Source of the DNA: Octopus sinensis
Taxonomy: Eukaryota
Direction of reading: 5' to 3'
Assembly: GCF_006345805.1 (NCBI RefSeq)
Contig: NC_043014.1
Location: 52,204,001 to 52,268,000 of the forward strand
DNA: 64,000 bases
Below are positions 27,726 to 40,819 of this stretch, one piece after another. The position numbers were made by a program, and so were the translations under genes. The notes under the pieces were generated by a model that ran no database searches, was not told the DNA's origin, and worked only from the letters and a program-made list of their open reading frames with translations. Positions within the stretch are counted from its first letter, which is position 1. Each line of letters opens with the position of its first letter.

Positions 27726-28135
27726 TATTTCGTTACTACCCACACGGAGCTAAACACAGAGATGACAAACAAGGACAGACAAACTGATTAAGTCGATTAC
27801 ATCGACCCCAGTACATAACTGGCACTTAATTTATCGACCCCGAAAGATGAAAGGCAAAGTCGTCCTCGGCGGAATTTGAACTAAGAAAGTAGACGAAATA
27901 CCTATTTCTTTACTACTCACAAGGGGCTAAACACAGAGAGGACAAACAAAGACAGACAAACTGATTAAGTTGATTACATCGACCTCAGTGCGTAACTGGT
28001 ACTTAATTTATCGACCCCGAAATGATGAAAAGCAAAGTCGACCTCGGCGGAATTTGAACACAGAACATAGCGGCAGACGAAATACGGCTACGCATTTCGC
28101 CTGGCGTGCTAACGTTTCTGCCAGCTCGCCGCCTT
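27726..28135 (-). mobile_element. SINE family B: head plus two tandem body units
   Basis: Reverse complement of the 25047 structure, with the same junction gaaatag|gtatttcgtct at ~27901. Confidence 0.85.
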
Positions 28136-29727
28136 TCTCACATATATTCGTCTATCTACTTATGTGTGCAGGCATGTTTGTGAATGTGTTTGTGTGTGCT
28201 GCTTTCTTGTCATTTTTCTTGTTTTCACTTTTAAACAATAACGTACATGCATTGATAGACAGTACATTGTTGTCGTTTTATTTTAAATACAACCGCACAA
28301 TTTCCTCACATGATTCCTTCAACGTGTTGAATGGAACTCCAGTGACTATACACCATTCGGTTTTCATACATAAGCTACTTTGATGTAAGCTATTGTGCAG
28401 CTACCCATTCAACAGACAATACAGACTATTGTCTGTGTGTTTATCTTATGCTGCTCCATTATACGTTATCATGCGTCTCTGTCAGCAAGAATGACGGATG
28501 GACATAGTCTGTTGTTTATTGTTATTTCTTCTGAAATGCTTTTCCGTTTCGTCAGCAATACGAAGATCTTTACACGTATTATTCATTCTATAAGATACAT
28601 GCATTTGTGGCGTATTTACAAACAAACATCCTATGACACCGTACTCGTAACCAAAGGTTTGATGTCTAAACCTGAGGACAGATGTGTCTCTGTTACCAAT
28701 GGAATCTAATGTAACATTATGAGTGGTGGCTATGTGTGCCCTCAAATGTGTAAATCTTGCTTCACCAAGGACAAATTATCAGAATTTGTCCACTTTAATA
28801 ATGAACTGTTTATAAATCATACATATTATAAATATGCACATACTATTCGTTATGATATGCGGCTTGTGCCTTTAATGATGAGCTGTTTATAAATCATGTG
28901 TGTGAAAATAAAATTTGAATGCATTTATTTATAAATGCAGGCGTCATGTTTTCTATTACCTTTATCCTCTTGATAATGTACACTCTAAAAGATTTTCCCG
29001 ACGTACTGATGGTTAATCAATTTTAACAACCACAAATGAGTGAGATGCGGACGCAAATGTGTATACCTGAAATTCACACATTTAACTTAAGTGTCTATCT
29101 TTGTTTTTTCACCTAAATCAATGTATATCAAAAACAAATTTTTCTCCAAAAATATCACTCCTGAGGAATCTTTAAAAAGGAAATGACAGCGTTAAGATAA
29201 ATAATTATCCCAAATTCTCATTACCTCCTTTCTCTTTATATATATATATCGAAATTTGCTATGATGATCCGGTTTCTGACTGAAGATTAAAGGCTTCGAA
29301 TGACCCGTCTGTTTTCTGTGTTCGTCCCTTTGTGTATTTCACGTTCTTGTTTCTTTATATATAATTTATATATACATATATATATACGCTGTTAATTGCA
29401 GGAATCGAAGTAGATAAATTTATAGATGATAGAATGTAAATATTGGGGTAAAACACTTTCGCATAGAGGGGTTGAAATTTGCCTGTGACATTCCGAGCAT
29501 GACCCTCCGTTCAATAAAAAAAAACGGTAAAGAGAGAAAGGTGCATACGTACAGAACTTACCAACCGAAACCCAAATACTTACAAACAGCCTTTAAATTC
29601 TCTTACACAAACATATACACACACAACAAACCCTTCCTTCTCTCTCTCCCAACCACTGTCGAGACGAATCTATCCATCACCCTTAATATATAAATAATGT
29701 GGATGTGAGTAACATTGATATATGGAA

Positions 29728-30077
29728 GCACTCCGTCGGTTACGACGATGAGGGTTCAGGTTGATCCGAATCAACGGAACAGCCTGCTCGTGAAATTAAC
29801 GTGTAAGTGGCTGAGCACTCCACAGACACGTGTACCCTTAACGTAGTTCTCGGGGATATTCAGCGTGACACAGAGAGTGACAAGGCCGGCCCTTTGAAAT
29901 ACAGGTACAACAGAAACAGGAAGTAAGAGTGAGAGAAAGTTGTGGTGAAAGAGTACAGCAGGGATCACCACCATCCCCTGCCGGAGCCTCGTGGAGCTTT
30001 TAGATGTTTTCGCTCAATAAACACTCACAACGCCCGGTCTGGGAATCGAAACCGCGATCCTATGACCGCGAGTCCGC
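29728..30077 (-). mobile_element. SINE family C variant with tRNA-like head
   Basis: Reverse-complement head gcggactcgcggtcataggatcgcggtttcgattcccag (B-box-like). The 3' half is shared with 16130-16324. Confidence 0.8.
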
Positions 30078-30729
30078 ATTGATATATAGAGTGAGACAAA
30101 CAAACAGTCAGGGACAGAGAGACACACCGAGATCATATTTCCGAGAACTAACTAATTGTTACTAATATGCAGAGACGCACGCATCGTAATTTGTTTCAGA
30201 AAAAAAAATTAAGTAAAACAGGTGATGCCGGCAGCAATTATAAAACTTTTACATTTTTGAAAATAATGTTGAAATTATATTTTTACACGATTTCTTATAT
30301 CACACGGCGATAATAGAAATCTAAACTATTAAACGATTTTCATCCACTAAAAATTCACGAGTGTGTATGTATTTTAATTATTTCCTATTGGCGTTTTTCT
30401 GTATGAAACACAAGTCTTGATTTTTGCAGATGATTGACATGGTATTGTGGGGCTCATTTTCTATTTCAGATCGTTTTACAGTTTTTTTATTATTTTCTTA
30501 ATCTAATATAATCTCATTTTCAAGACACATTATTATTATTATTATCATTATTATTATTTTTGATATTCTGTTATTTTATATGCAATGAAAAAAAAAACGA
30601 CTAAAACTGAAATGTTGGTTATCATAATAATATTAATCATTGCAAGTTGAAATGTGTGGGCTTCTTCGCAATAACCCGAATATGTATTTGATTTTTCGTA
30701 TTACATTAAATGAAAATAGTTGTTTATTT

Positions 30730-31320
30730 TAATTACCATATGTAAATAAATACATCAGAATACTTGGACTTGGGATACTAGTTATGATGTCAATCTTAGT
30801 CTCGTGTTTATTGGTTAAGTATGGTTCTTGGTCTGTGGGGCGGCTGATATTGAAACAACGGTGGTGTCTGGAACAACAGGAATATGTCTTAGAAAAAAGG
30901 TTGTTGGAAGAGCATCTTTGGTTGCGGTTCAGAATGTTCGATGCAGAAAACCGAGAACAAGAAGTCTATGGAAGAAATTTCTTTAAATAACATCCAGCCA
31001 TCTTGCAAGAACAGGATATTACAAAACTGTGATTATTTGAGGTAAACGGTGTCGGGAAATTAATCAAACTGGTTAAATGACACGTGCACACTTAAACAAT
31101 CTAATCCTAATACGGCAGAAATAAGGCGAGATGGCATGAGATTGATGTTGTTCGAAAAGGAAGAATACCCTGATTGATGAAGCAAACGAGTGATGAAATG
31201 AGATTGGTGAGCTGAGAAAGAAGAAATAGAACCAGATATTTGATAATACACTAATGAAAACTGCATACTTATTCGACGAACAATTGAGACTTTTATACCC
31301 AGAGAACACGGGATGTATTT
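30730..31320 (-). mobile_element. Possible decayed Penelope-like RT thumb/linker region
   Basis: Minus-strand fragments HPVFSGYKSL, FITRLLHQSGYS and TPPLFQY loosely resemble PLE S.HP..K.SI, F...L..RGYP and PP.V.YRRP motifs; multiple stops and frameshifts. Confidence 0.3.
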
Positions 31321-33186
31321 ATATCATACCTCACTAAGTGGCAAAGAAATTTTACTGAGGCAATGATATTGAGTGCTAGGAATTTTAAAAGATACGGGGC
31401 GTGGAGTGCTTTTCATGCGTTCACCTAGCTGTTTGTTTATTTATGCTTAATTTTTTCACTGTATTTTGCTTATTTATATCTTTATATGCGTACTGTCTTT
31501 CGTATTTTACCAAAATGTTTATGTTTCGCTTTCACACACAGCTTTGTGTACATTCTTACATGTATTATAACGCCTACTTCTATGACACTCTATGAATGTA
31601 TGGCCCCGTTCGGCAAATGTATAATAATGATAATTATCCCTCTTCATTTTATTATTAACATTCACATTTGTTTTCTAATGTTTCTATAATCATTAAAGGG
31701 CTGCATAAGATTCATTTTCAGGTTTTAAAATATACCTCCGTCATTTTATCGTAAGAGGGTCAGGTTGTCGATAAGAACCTCGAGCACTGATACAATTTCA
31801 CATAATTTTCTTGTTATTCAACTAGTAAATTAACTCACGGTTTCATATAAGGAATATTGCAAAATAAACCCTAAACATAATTACACTCTTGAAACACTCT
31901 TCTTATCACATTCACATAAATCCGAACAATTGCGTATACAAAATGCACACACATATGTGAGTATATCTAATTTATTTCTAAATTTATTATCTTGAAAAAA
32001 AATCAAATCTACCCATATAAGTTCTTGGCTCACGCTAGGGTATGAACTGTAACCAATATACAGACATACAAATAAGCTTTTTGGAAATTATTTTAGCACT
32101 AGAAACAAAATCCTGTCCATTTTCATCAAAGACACAAGAGTTGTATATATGTTTAGATTTAGATTATTTTCTCGGATTATCTTGTCAATTTCGAAAATTA
32201 TCAATGTTTATCGATGATCCAGACCTCTCCCCAGTCTCATAGAAAACGGTTGCACATTAGCTTGTACGTATCTTTACGCAGGATAAAGGAATAAATGTAA
32301 CTAATTATAACTGTTGGCATTCATTTCAATAAATATATTCGTTTCCTCCCCAGGAATATATTAGTAGCTGAGTAGACGCAACCTAGAATTCAGTAGTATT
32401 CATCCGAAATTGCTTGGTTTTTACATTTAACAGTGACTAAATAACTGTATGCCTAAAATGGTATAACCTATCCTTTTATTACGTGAAAGGGACCTGTAAT
32501 TTTCCCTCCCAAAATTTAGATTCCCACTACATTGATTTCAATTCTTAATACCATACCGAAGATGCATATACTTCTTTGCATTCTAATAAATGCGAACTTT
32601 CCTCCTGTTGTTCCCGTAATAATAACAATAATAATAATAATTATTATTTTTATTATTATTATTATTATTATTTTCTATACTAAATTTCCTCACCAATCGA
32701 TGTTGTTTCGTTTTATGACACAGATCTGAATGTTGTTATTTTGTCAATATTCACAAATATTGTTTGTTGCATGCCTTCATTTATTTCAAGTTTTTATGGT
32801 AATTTTACTGTTATTTCGATTTGTCGTTATTCCACGTATGTTAACATGAAAGTAATAATAATCACATTGCATATATGCATTTATATATATATATATTTTT
32901 TCTATATTTTGTTGTATAACTATTTTGTTAAAGCTAATCGTTGTATCTATTTTGTTGTTTGTGATGTTGTTTTTCTTTCATATTGTTCGATTTCATTTCA
33001 CCTATATGTTTTCTTGACTTCCAGCACATTTCAGTATAGACCTGATCATTTGAATTAATGATCTTTTTTTCGAGGATTACCTTAGATTAGAAACCTTAGT
33101 ACGGCACGAAATTATTCGAAACTAAACCATTTCGTTGCCCCCTACACGGCCAACCATAAAACCTTATTTATTCTGATATGTTCCAG

Positions 33187-33246
33187 ATGACAACAACACT
33201 CTGTCTGCACCTCCAACAACCAGTAAAGCAGAGGTCCCCGAAAAAA
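33187..33246 (+). CDS. Putative internal coding exon (60 nt, phase 1-1): xDNNTLSAPPTTSKAEVPEK
   Basis: Acceptor ttattctgatatgttccag|, consensus donor |gtaagt, open frame, Ser/Thr/Pro-rich; phase-compatible with the downstream exons. Confidence 0.6.
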
Positions 33247-34414
33247 GTAAGTTGAACACATCAAATATATATATGTATATATTTCATTATATATATATAT
33301 TTATATTGACCAAAATAGATTTACTGTCCATTACAGAACATAACCAAATTTATCTAAAAAAACGCCCATATTTCGTCCCAATCATGTCATAAATACTCAA
33401 ATCATTCTATCATTCGATTTAATGTCTTATATTTATAGTCATATAATTAATTCCATTAACAGGAAACAAGAGCGTCAACTAGAAACGTATTGTGGCATAG
33501 CGATTTTTATTACAATTCCAATAAATCTATCTCTATAATTTCCGTATTCATGAAATAAAATCATATTAACAACGATCAATATCTGTCTCATTCGGCAATG
33601 TTATATACAAATATACTCCCAAGAGATTCACAACTTACAATGAACAGGTTTGGAATTCAGTGAACTTGAAAAACAGAATAAAAAAAAATAACAGAAACAC
33701 TAAATCGATATTCTTGTATGGGAATATGTCAACTAAATACCAAAGAACATTTTTCTTTAATGAGAAAAAAAAACCCCAATAATTTAAACAAAATATAGTA
33801 CACTAGAGATACAGATGAGCGACGTTGATACGATATGCCCAGTAAACAATACGGTAACTAGTTGAAAATGTGCGTTACTTTATCAACTCCACATACAAAA
33901 TTTGATAATTACCAGTCGTCCATTCAACTGAGTAAGTTTCAAAAGCATATAATCGTTTTCATTCCAAGCGTATAATTTCGGAAATTAATGTTAAAATCTG
34001 CCCTTATCTCCACCACGTTCCCAGTCCCTCTAATCAAGTATGAAAGATGATGAATGACAAAAGAACAAGAAACACGTTATCACTTTCTTTAGCCAACCGT
34101 TGTTTTTGCTCTTAGAGACGTTGTAATCAAAGATGATAGACAGTGAAATCAGAGATGATGCAACGCTACTTATCTGTAATATATGAAAAGTGTTTATAAA
34201 GCTCTTATCGTTTGTCATTATTTTTATCATACCTCGCTACCTACTCGCCTAAATATTTAACCTAAAGCGTTAGTATAATATGTTCTAACAGCTAGTTCTT
34301 AGTATTGCTATGTCTAGAGAAACTTATAATACCATAATTTCATATATAAGTTGACCTTATTATTCCTATATTATTTACATTCGACGGATACCTGTCCTCA
34401 TGCTCTTTGTTCTT

Positions 34415-34460
34415 AACACAACGTTCCGGCTGATATATGCTCCAGCCTTCATCAGGTGTC
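34415..34460 (-). ncRNA. Minimal type I hammerhead motif (A13G variant)
   Basis: Reverse complement: GACAC CUGAUGA A GGCUG gagcauauau CAGCC GGAAC GUU GUGUU. Confidence 0.7.
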
Positions 34461-34637
34461 TTGTGGAAATTGAGAACCGGGGTTCTCATTCCCACGGGCA
34501 TATGGTGTAATGGTTAAGGGCGCGGGCTACTAACCCCAAGATTCCTAGATCGATTCCTGGCAGTGACCTGAATAATAAGAAATAGAACATCGAAAAATAC
34601 CTTAGGGATGAGAACCCCGGTTCGAAATTTCCCCCAA

Positions 34638-34683
34638 GACATTTGATGAAGGCTGGAGGGTATATCAGCCGAAACGTTGTGTT
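34638..34683 (+). ncRNA. Minimal type I hammerhead motif (C3U variant)
   Basis: GACAU UUGAUGA A GGCUG gaggguauau CAGCC GAAAC GUU GUGUU; predicted cleavage after 34678. Confidence 0.7.
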
Positions 34684-35286
34684 AACAACAAACAAGATGA
34701 GGACAAATATCCATCAAATGTAAATAGTGTACATAATTCCTCATCTCTTAAATATAGAAGTGCATATTATTCCTGTTAATTTAATTTCTGTACGAAATAG
34801 ATGGCTCAAGATCGAGTGTCAGCGAATCAGTTTCCTGGTATTATAATTAGAATATCTTCAGTTTCCGGCTGGCACATAGAAAATCGTAAATTTGGGGTTT
34901 AATGTTATGCTTTGATAGCAAACAAATGAGAAATGTTAAGCGTATATATACGTCTGTGTGTGTGCATGTATGTATGTGTGTGCTTATTATCTATTTATAG
35001 ATAGAGACATAGATGTATATGCATTATAGACATAAATTCAATAACGTCTACATTGCTAGACATTTTAGAAGACACGATACACAAGGAAATAAAGAAATGC
35101 CAAAAAGTTATGATAAAATAATCAAATCACTATTCAAATCTGGAAAGAAATAGCCACCTAAATATACTTCATGATCCCCGTTGTTCGATAGTAAATAAAT
35201 ATATTAATTTAGTAAAAAAAATAACAGAATCCCTTGTCTAATGCTATTTCGTATTGTCCCACATACGTAGTTATTCACATGCGATT

Positions 35287-35335
<49 letters not shown>

Positions 35336-37914
35336 ATTTTCTGAACTAACCCCCATTGAATCACATTCATATACTAATATAGTGGGGCACATAATTGTCC
35401 ATGAACATTTTCTCAAATACACATATATATATATACACAAACGTGCAAATATACGCCCAAAAACACCAGACACATGCAAGTGTATGTATATAGGAACATA
35501 CCATCATATACACATATACCGAAACATGTATACTCTAGTGGAGACCTAAGCGCTGGCAGTATTCAATGTTATCGAGTAATTATATTTTACCATACAACGG
35601 AATGTCGTCTGATTCTCAAAATAAAAATGAAACCTCTAAGCAACCACAACCAAATGACCTTGCCTTAGGTCAAAGGTCATGTTTACTATTTTTCTGTAAT
35701 TGATTTTATATAACCTTATTATATAGCATTGTATACTAGTGCGTATACTGGGCATAAAAAGATAAACGTATCAAACACTGCCACGGCGACGATAATTCAA
35801 TTTGGACATCGTATTATAGAAAGTTCTCATTTGTGTTATGTCACCAACGCTCTTTGTAGAATTATGAAGTCTGCAGGCTCCAGTTTTCATCTTTGCTTAA
35901 TCTGAATCCTGATATACATAAAAAAGAATGAATACAATATATGAATCACCAGGTGTCAGACAACGTGTAGACGGCAGATACATATAAATATAACAGTGTT
36001 TATATACTGTGTTAACGAATTTAGTTAAGGAGGTTCGGACGAATAGTTTGGAGGTTACACAGTTCATGATCGTTAGATTTTGAATACGCCTCTGATCAAG
36101 TGGCAAATTTTATCCTTGAGTAAGGCATTTCACTTCGAGATATTTCATTCAACTCAGCTGGAACTATGTACAAGAATTGCGGATTTAACCCTGATATAAC
36201 CTAACATCTGGCTGAATGGTTTTCTCTTTTCATTCCTAATCGCTAAAATGCCAAGCAAACCATGATAAGGACCGGACTAATGGGGTTATAGATTCAGGAC
36301 AGAACTGAATGCCACATGAGTTTTGAATAATGACTCGATTGCTTCTCGTTTAGAATAAAAGTATCCTATAATAGAATTACATGAAATGCAGAAAAAAACT
36401 ATTTCCTATGTTTTTAAATCTGTTAAATACAAACGAAATTGAATTATTATGAATGATATTGTGTGCAGGTGGAAAGGTTTCGAATTCGCCAAAGTCGTTG
36501 TAACTGTGCAGTTTACAAGCTCGCTTTGCAACCATGTTGTGTGTTGTTCGATCCCACCGCTTTCTAAATAGCTTTCTGAATAATATCACCAATACATTCT
36601 CAACAGAGTTTTGCACAGCGAGGTATCTGGGAATATCCCTCATATACAGTGTGTATGTTTATGTGTGCGTGCGTGTGTGTGTGTTTGAGTGACAGAGAGA
36701 TAGGGTTTATTTCGCTTCAACAAGAGAGAGGGTCGTTATCATCTACATCATAGTAAAATGCGCAAAGTTAAAGTCCTGTGCCCATTGCTTACGCGCCCGT
36801 AGTTTAAAAGAACTGTTATGGATTATAGCGAATTCTAAGATCGATTTTAATTTTTAGTTACTTACATGCTTTATATCCCATTCGTGGCGTACAACATTAC
36901 ACTGAACAGTTTGACCTTCTGTCTCCAAATACGAGCAAATTAGTCGCATATGTCAGTATTTAGCTTGTAGTATTTATTGACTTTAAAGCACCCGAGCACA
37001 TAATCATTGTCATAGTAAATGTTGTGTTATGCTATTGCTGCATCCCTGTTTGCGGAATGTATTTCATTTGTAATCAATTTTAAATGTTATTTCGACATAC
37101 GCCATTTTGCTTTTAGTACTTAGTACCCATTATTAATATTTCAACTATTGTTTTCATATATATATATATATATATACACACCCATCTTCATCTTATGATT
37201 TTCTTAAATTTAAACTAATATATATATATATATTATATATATATATATATACACACCCATCTTCATCTTATGATTTTCTTAAATTTAAACTAATATATAT
37301 ATATATATTTCTGTTCTGAATAATGAGTCTTCCTTATATTTATAACTTCTGGATTATAGAAGACATAAGTTGCCTCATTTATTCCATATAAGCTATTTGC
37401 AAAGAAGATGACATCTGTGTGCATAATCTGACAGACAGATGACATAGAATACATCTGGAAACAGGCTGGGGATATGACAGAAGGAAAATTCTCAAATATC
37501 TATTTTCTACTAGTATATTTTATCATTTTTCTTTTTATGATAAATAGAATTTTCTTTACTCAATTTATGAAGCATTTATAAGGAAACTACAGAGATCACA
37601 TTTTTTGGTGTCTCCCGATAAAGAAAAAAATTCGGATTCTCTCTCAAATCATTGCGTTTAAAATCATGAAAACAGGCCTGCTATTACGAAAACATCGTAC
37701 ATCGCAAATAAAAGTAGAACGATTACGCTTAAATATGTTTACGAGGATCGAACCTTAGCTCAAAAACAAACGATCTCAAAAGTCAACAACTAGAAAAATA
37801 ACACAATATGTTCTTTAGTGTAGACTTTCTCGATCAAAAATGAATTTACTCTATTTCACATCACAAGAATAGTAGAAAATCTCTTGGGTACATATACAAT
37901 AAAAATAATTGACA

Positions 37915-38122
37915 AAGCGGGGAGCAGGTAAATTCGTTGGCATGTCGAGCAAGGTGGTTAGTGGCATTTCTTGTCTTCATATTCCGAATTCAAATACCGC
38001 CGAGGTTGACTTTGCCTTTCATCTGTTTCGGGATCGATGAAAGGCAAGACTGGAGTCTACATAGTCGACGTATCCCCTTACCCAGAACTGCTGGCTCTAT
38101 GCCAAAATCTGTAACCAATATA
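37915..38122 (+). mobile_element. Diverged SINE family B'
   Basis: aattcaaataccgccgaggttgactttgcctttcatc matches the family B core. Confidence 0.7.
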
Positions 38123-38925
38123 TTGTAATGGTGGTGTTGTATACCGGAAGTATCTCGGCTAAAATGATTCTGCAGTACTAATACATTACTATTATGTTCA
38201 TCGACAATTAACCGTAATTTATGTCTACAGATCGAGATATCACACAGATATAGCACTGACAAAATGTCAAGCTACAGATTACTGGCTATATAATAATAAC
38301 TTCAAATCTTAGAGTAATCAGCTGCGACGTAATCAGCTCATTTTATTCTCTTTTCTCAATGTCCTGTGGTAATCATTTATTACCAGTTCAATCTACATCT
38401 TTTTAATATCATTACCATATTGTCATTATGCATTTTGTTCCTCTATAAGTAATTTTCATATATTTATTCCTTTCTGTTATGTTTTCGACTTTATGTAAGA
38501 CATTTTCTTGCTATGTTTCTTTTGCCTGAAAGCAGTGACGTTCCAGCATTCTTAGGGCGTAAGACGAAACATCTTACGCTATCTTCCACTTTCTTTATTT
38601 GGACTTGAAATCGCATCGAAATATTTCCTGTCATCATTTCAAGATCAATAAATGATTTATTACTAGTTGTGAAAATCCTCTTTATCTCATAGTATCTCTC
38701 ACCCTTCTCTGTTTTCTCTCTCTATCACCCCTCTGTCTGTAGTGTGCATGTAAAATTCAACGGTCCGAATGTGTGACATGCTCTTCCACTAAGAATTTCG
38801 TAGAGGGTACACAAACCCTGGAAACACCCAGCCGCGTGTATATAATTTCACGCGTTGAAGGCCAGTCATTCAATAAACGGAGTCTTATCCATGTAAGGAC
38901 AAGCAAATATATCAACGATTATACA

Positions 38926-38964
<39 letters not shown>

Positions 38965-39509
38965 GAGTGAGAGAGCAGTTCATGCCATCAAAGTGACACT
39001 GGGGTAAAATATAAGAAGCCCAGTATACCCATCATGACTACTTGTCTCATAATGGTACACTAGGCACATGCATCATAACCATATGTGCATGACATGGTGA
39101 TTGCATATCAAGATAAATAGCGTAAGATCCTGCAAGTGAGACCCAGTTATAATTTTTTCAGGTCGAGTAGCCCCATTCCACTCAAATGATCCTTGAATAA
39201 GGGATGTTTAAGGATGTTGAATGAAACACCCATGTTTCCAGAGGTGAGTTATTCAAACCCCAAAGAATCCCTCTCAACACATGGCTATGATGCTTCCCCA
39301 CTACTTCTGCTCGTGATCAGAGATGCACATATCGTCAGCCACTAAGGGACATGCTCAACTGGTTGTGGTCAAAAAACTGACAAGCAAATCTGTGGTATTT
39401 AGCAGAATATTTGCTGTAGCTTATCTTTTATACCAAGACAAAACAACGGACATGTTAACACTTCCAATCAGTTAAGATCAGAAGCTATAAGAGCCACTGT
39501 CTAGAACTG

Positions 39510-39510
<1 letters not shown>
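38965..39510 (-). mobile_element. 546-bp non-coding element embedded in an (ATT)n microsatellite (probable non-autonomous retroposon)
   Basis: Unique, more GC-rich block with sharp ends, flanked on both sides by (ATT)n (38925-38964 and 39511-39552); no ORF. Only one copy in the window, so mobility and strand are inferred. Confidence 0.5.
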
Positions 39511-39552
<42 letters not shown>

Positions 39553-40061
39553 TCTGTTATCAAATGTAATCTCTTTCAAGCTTGGTAGGTATGACAGCAA
39601 TATACAGCATCTTAAACGAGTCGTTTGATAGCAACATCAACAATATTTAGAGTCCAGATGTTTATTTTAAGTTCTAAATATTATTGTAGAATTAATGGAA
39701 ACATTGAATGAGCAGTTGAGAGAAGAATGATGGATATATTTCTCACCTCTCAATCTGATTAAATAAACAAAATCAATTTAAATATTCAAGTTAGTGCAAG
39801 ATCATCTGGATTTTAGCTACACAGAAAATATATAATTATAGAAAATAATGACAGAATACCCAGAAATATTAAGTCTTGTTTTTGCATAAAATGATTCCTT
39901 TTAGTTAAGCCTTTCAATACCATTTTCAGGTTTGCTCCATACATCAGAAAGTTTCAAACGGAAATTAAGAACGCGTTGAGGGAAAAATACATTAATAATA
40001 TAGGCCCTGTTTTGACATGGAAAAAGGAGCTGGTCGTTCTTCTTACAATTTTTCTTAAAAA

Positions 40062-40262
40062 TAAAAATAATAATAATAATAATAATAACCCTTTCTACTG
40101 TAGGCACCAGGGCTGAAATGTAGGGGAAGGGAATAGTCGATTACATCGATCCCAGTGTATCACTGGTACTTAATTTATCAACCCCGAAATGATGAAAGGC
40201 AAAGTCGACTCCTGCAGAATTTGAACTCAGAGCGTAGCGGCGGACAAAGTACCGCATAGAAT
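40062..40262 (-). mobile_element. SINE family B' with (AAT)n tail
   Basis: gatgaaaggcaaagtcgac..gaatttgaactcagagcgtagcggc is the reverse complement of the family B core. Confidence 0.75.
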
Positions 40263-40731
40263 TTCCATCGTGTAAAAAAGAACCCTGAACATTTCCTACC
40301 ACACATTAACGATTTTACAAGCTCACCATTCTAACATTAAATGAATAAGTGATTAATTAATTAAATAGATAAATCAGTAATAGAATCTTTATACATGGCT
40401 CACTTATTCTTTTCATTGAAAATTTCCATCCTATACTGTAAATATGTTATGAAGTTCAACACAGTAGAAAGATTACTGTCGAATATACAACTAGTAGTTA
40501 TCGTGGGTAAAAGAGAATGCACGCAAATGCCTAAAGAGTATAGTCAAAATGAATATACAAAATATTGGTCCTTACAATACACATTTCACCACATATTTTA
40601 GACGGGACGGAGTAACATAAATCACGGTGAATAAATATGGTCTTAAAGGGGAAAATATTCTAAATAATAGGAAATAATAATACAAGACTTGTGCAAGAAA
40701 AGGAAAAATGTATGCAAATTATATGAATATA

Positions 40732-40770
<39 letters not shown>

Positions 40771-40819
40771 ATGTATGCATGTATACATATGTAAGTATAT
40801 GCATATATATATATATATA

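Larger units (their letters stand above)
34372..34760 (+). mobile_element. tRNA-headed, hammerhead-containing non-autonomous element with 5' inverted duplication
   Basis: tRNA-like head 34496-34570 (A box TGGTGTAATGG 34503-13; B box GATCGATTCC 34548-57). The body 34605-34726 is duplicated in inverted orientation at 34372-34493, and both arms contain an HHR motif. Confidence 0.8.

Noticed and set aside
29275-29320. CUGAAGA...GAA..GUC motif
   Set aside because: GAAA is incomplete and the flanks do not form stem I.
33068-33135. Possible decayed long-stem hammerhead (..cgagga...ttcgaaac)
   Set aside because: CUGA box and cleavage triplet are not recognisable.
34496-34570. Possible tRNA gene (loop CU-ACU-AA)
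   Set aside because: Acceptor and T stems are broken and it is fused to a repeat body; treated as a tRNA-derived element head.
38747-38896. Candidate exon CACKIQRSECVTCSSTKNF...SLIH (AG...GTAAGG)
   Set aside because: Open only as phase 0-0, incompatible with the flanking phase-1 exons unless other exons are unseen; the pyrimidine tract may be just a CT repeat.
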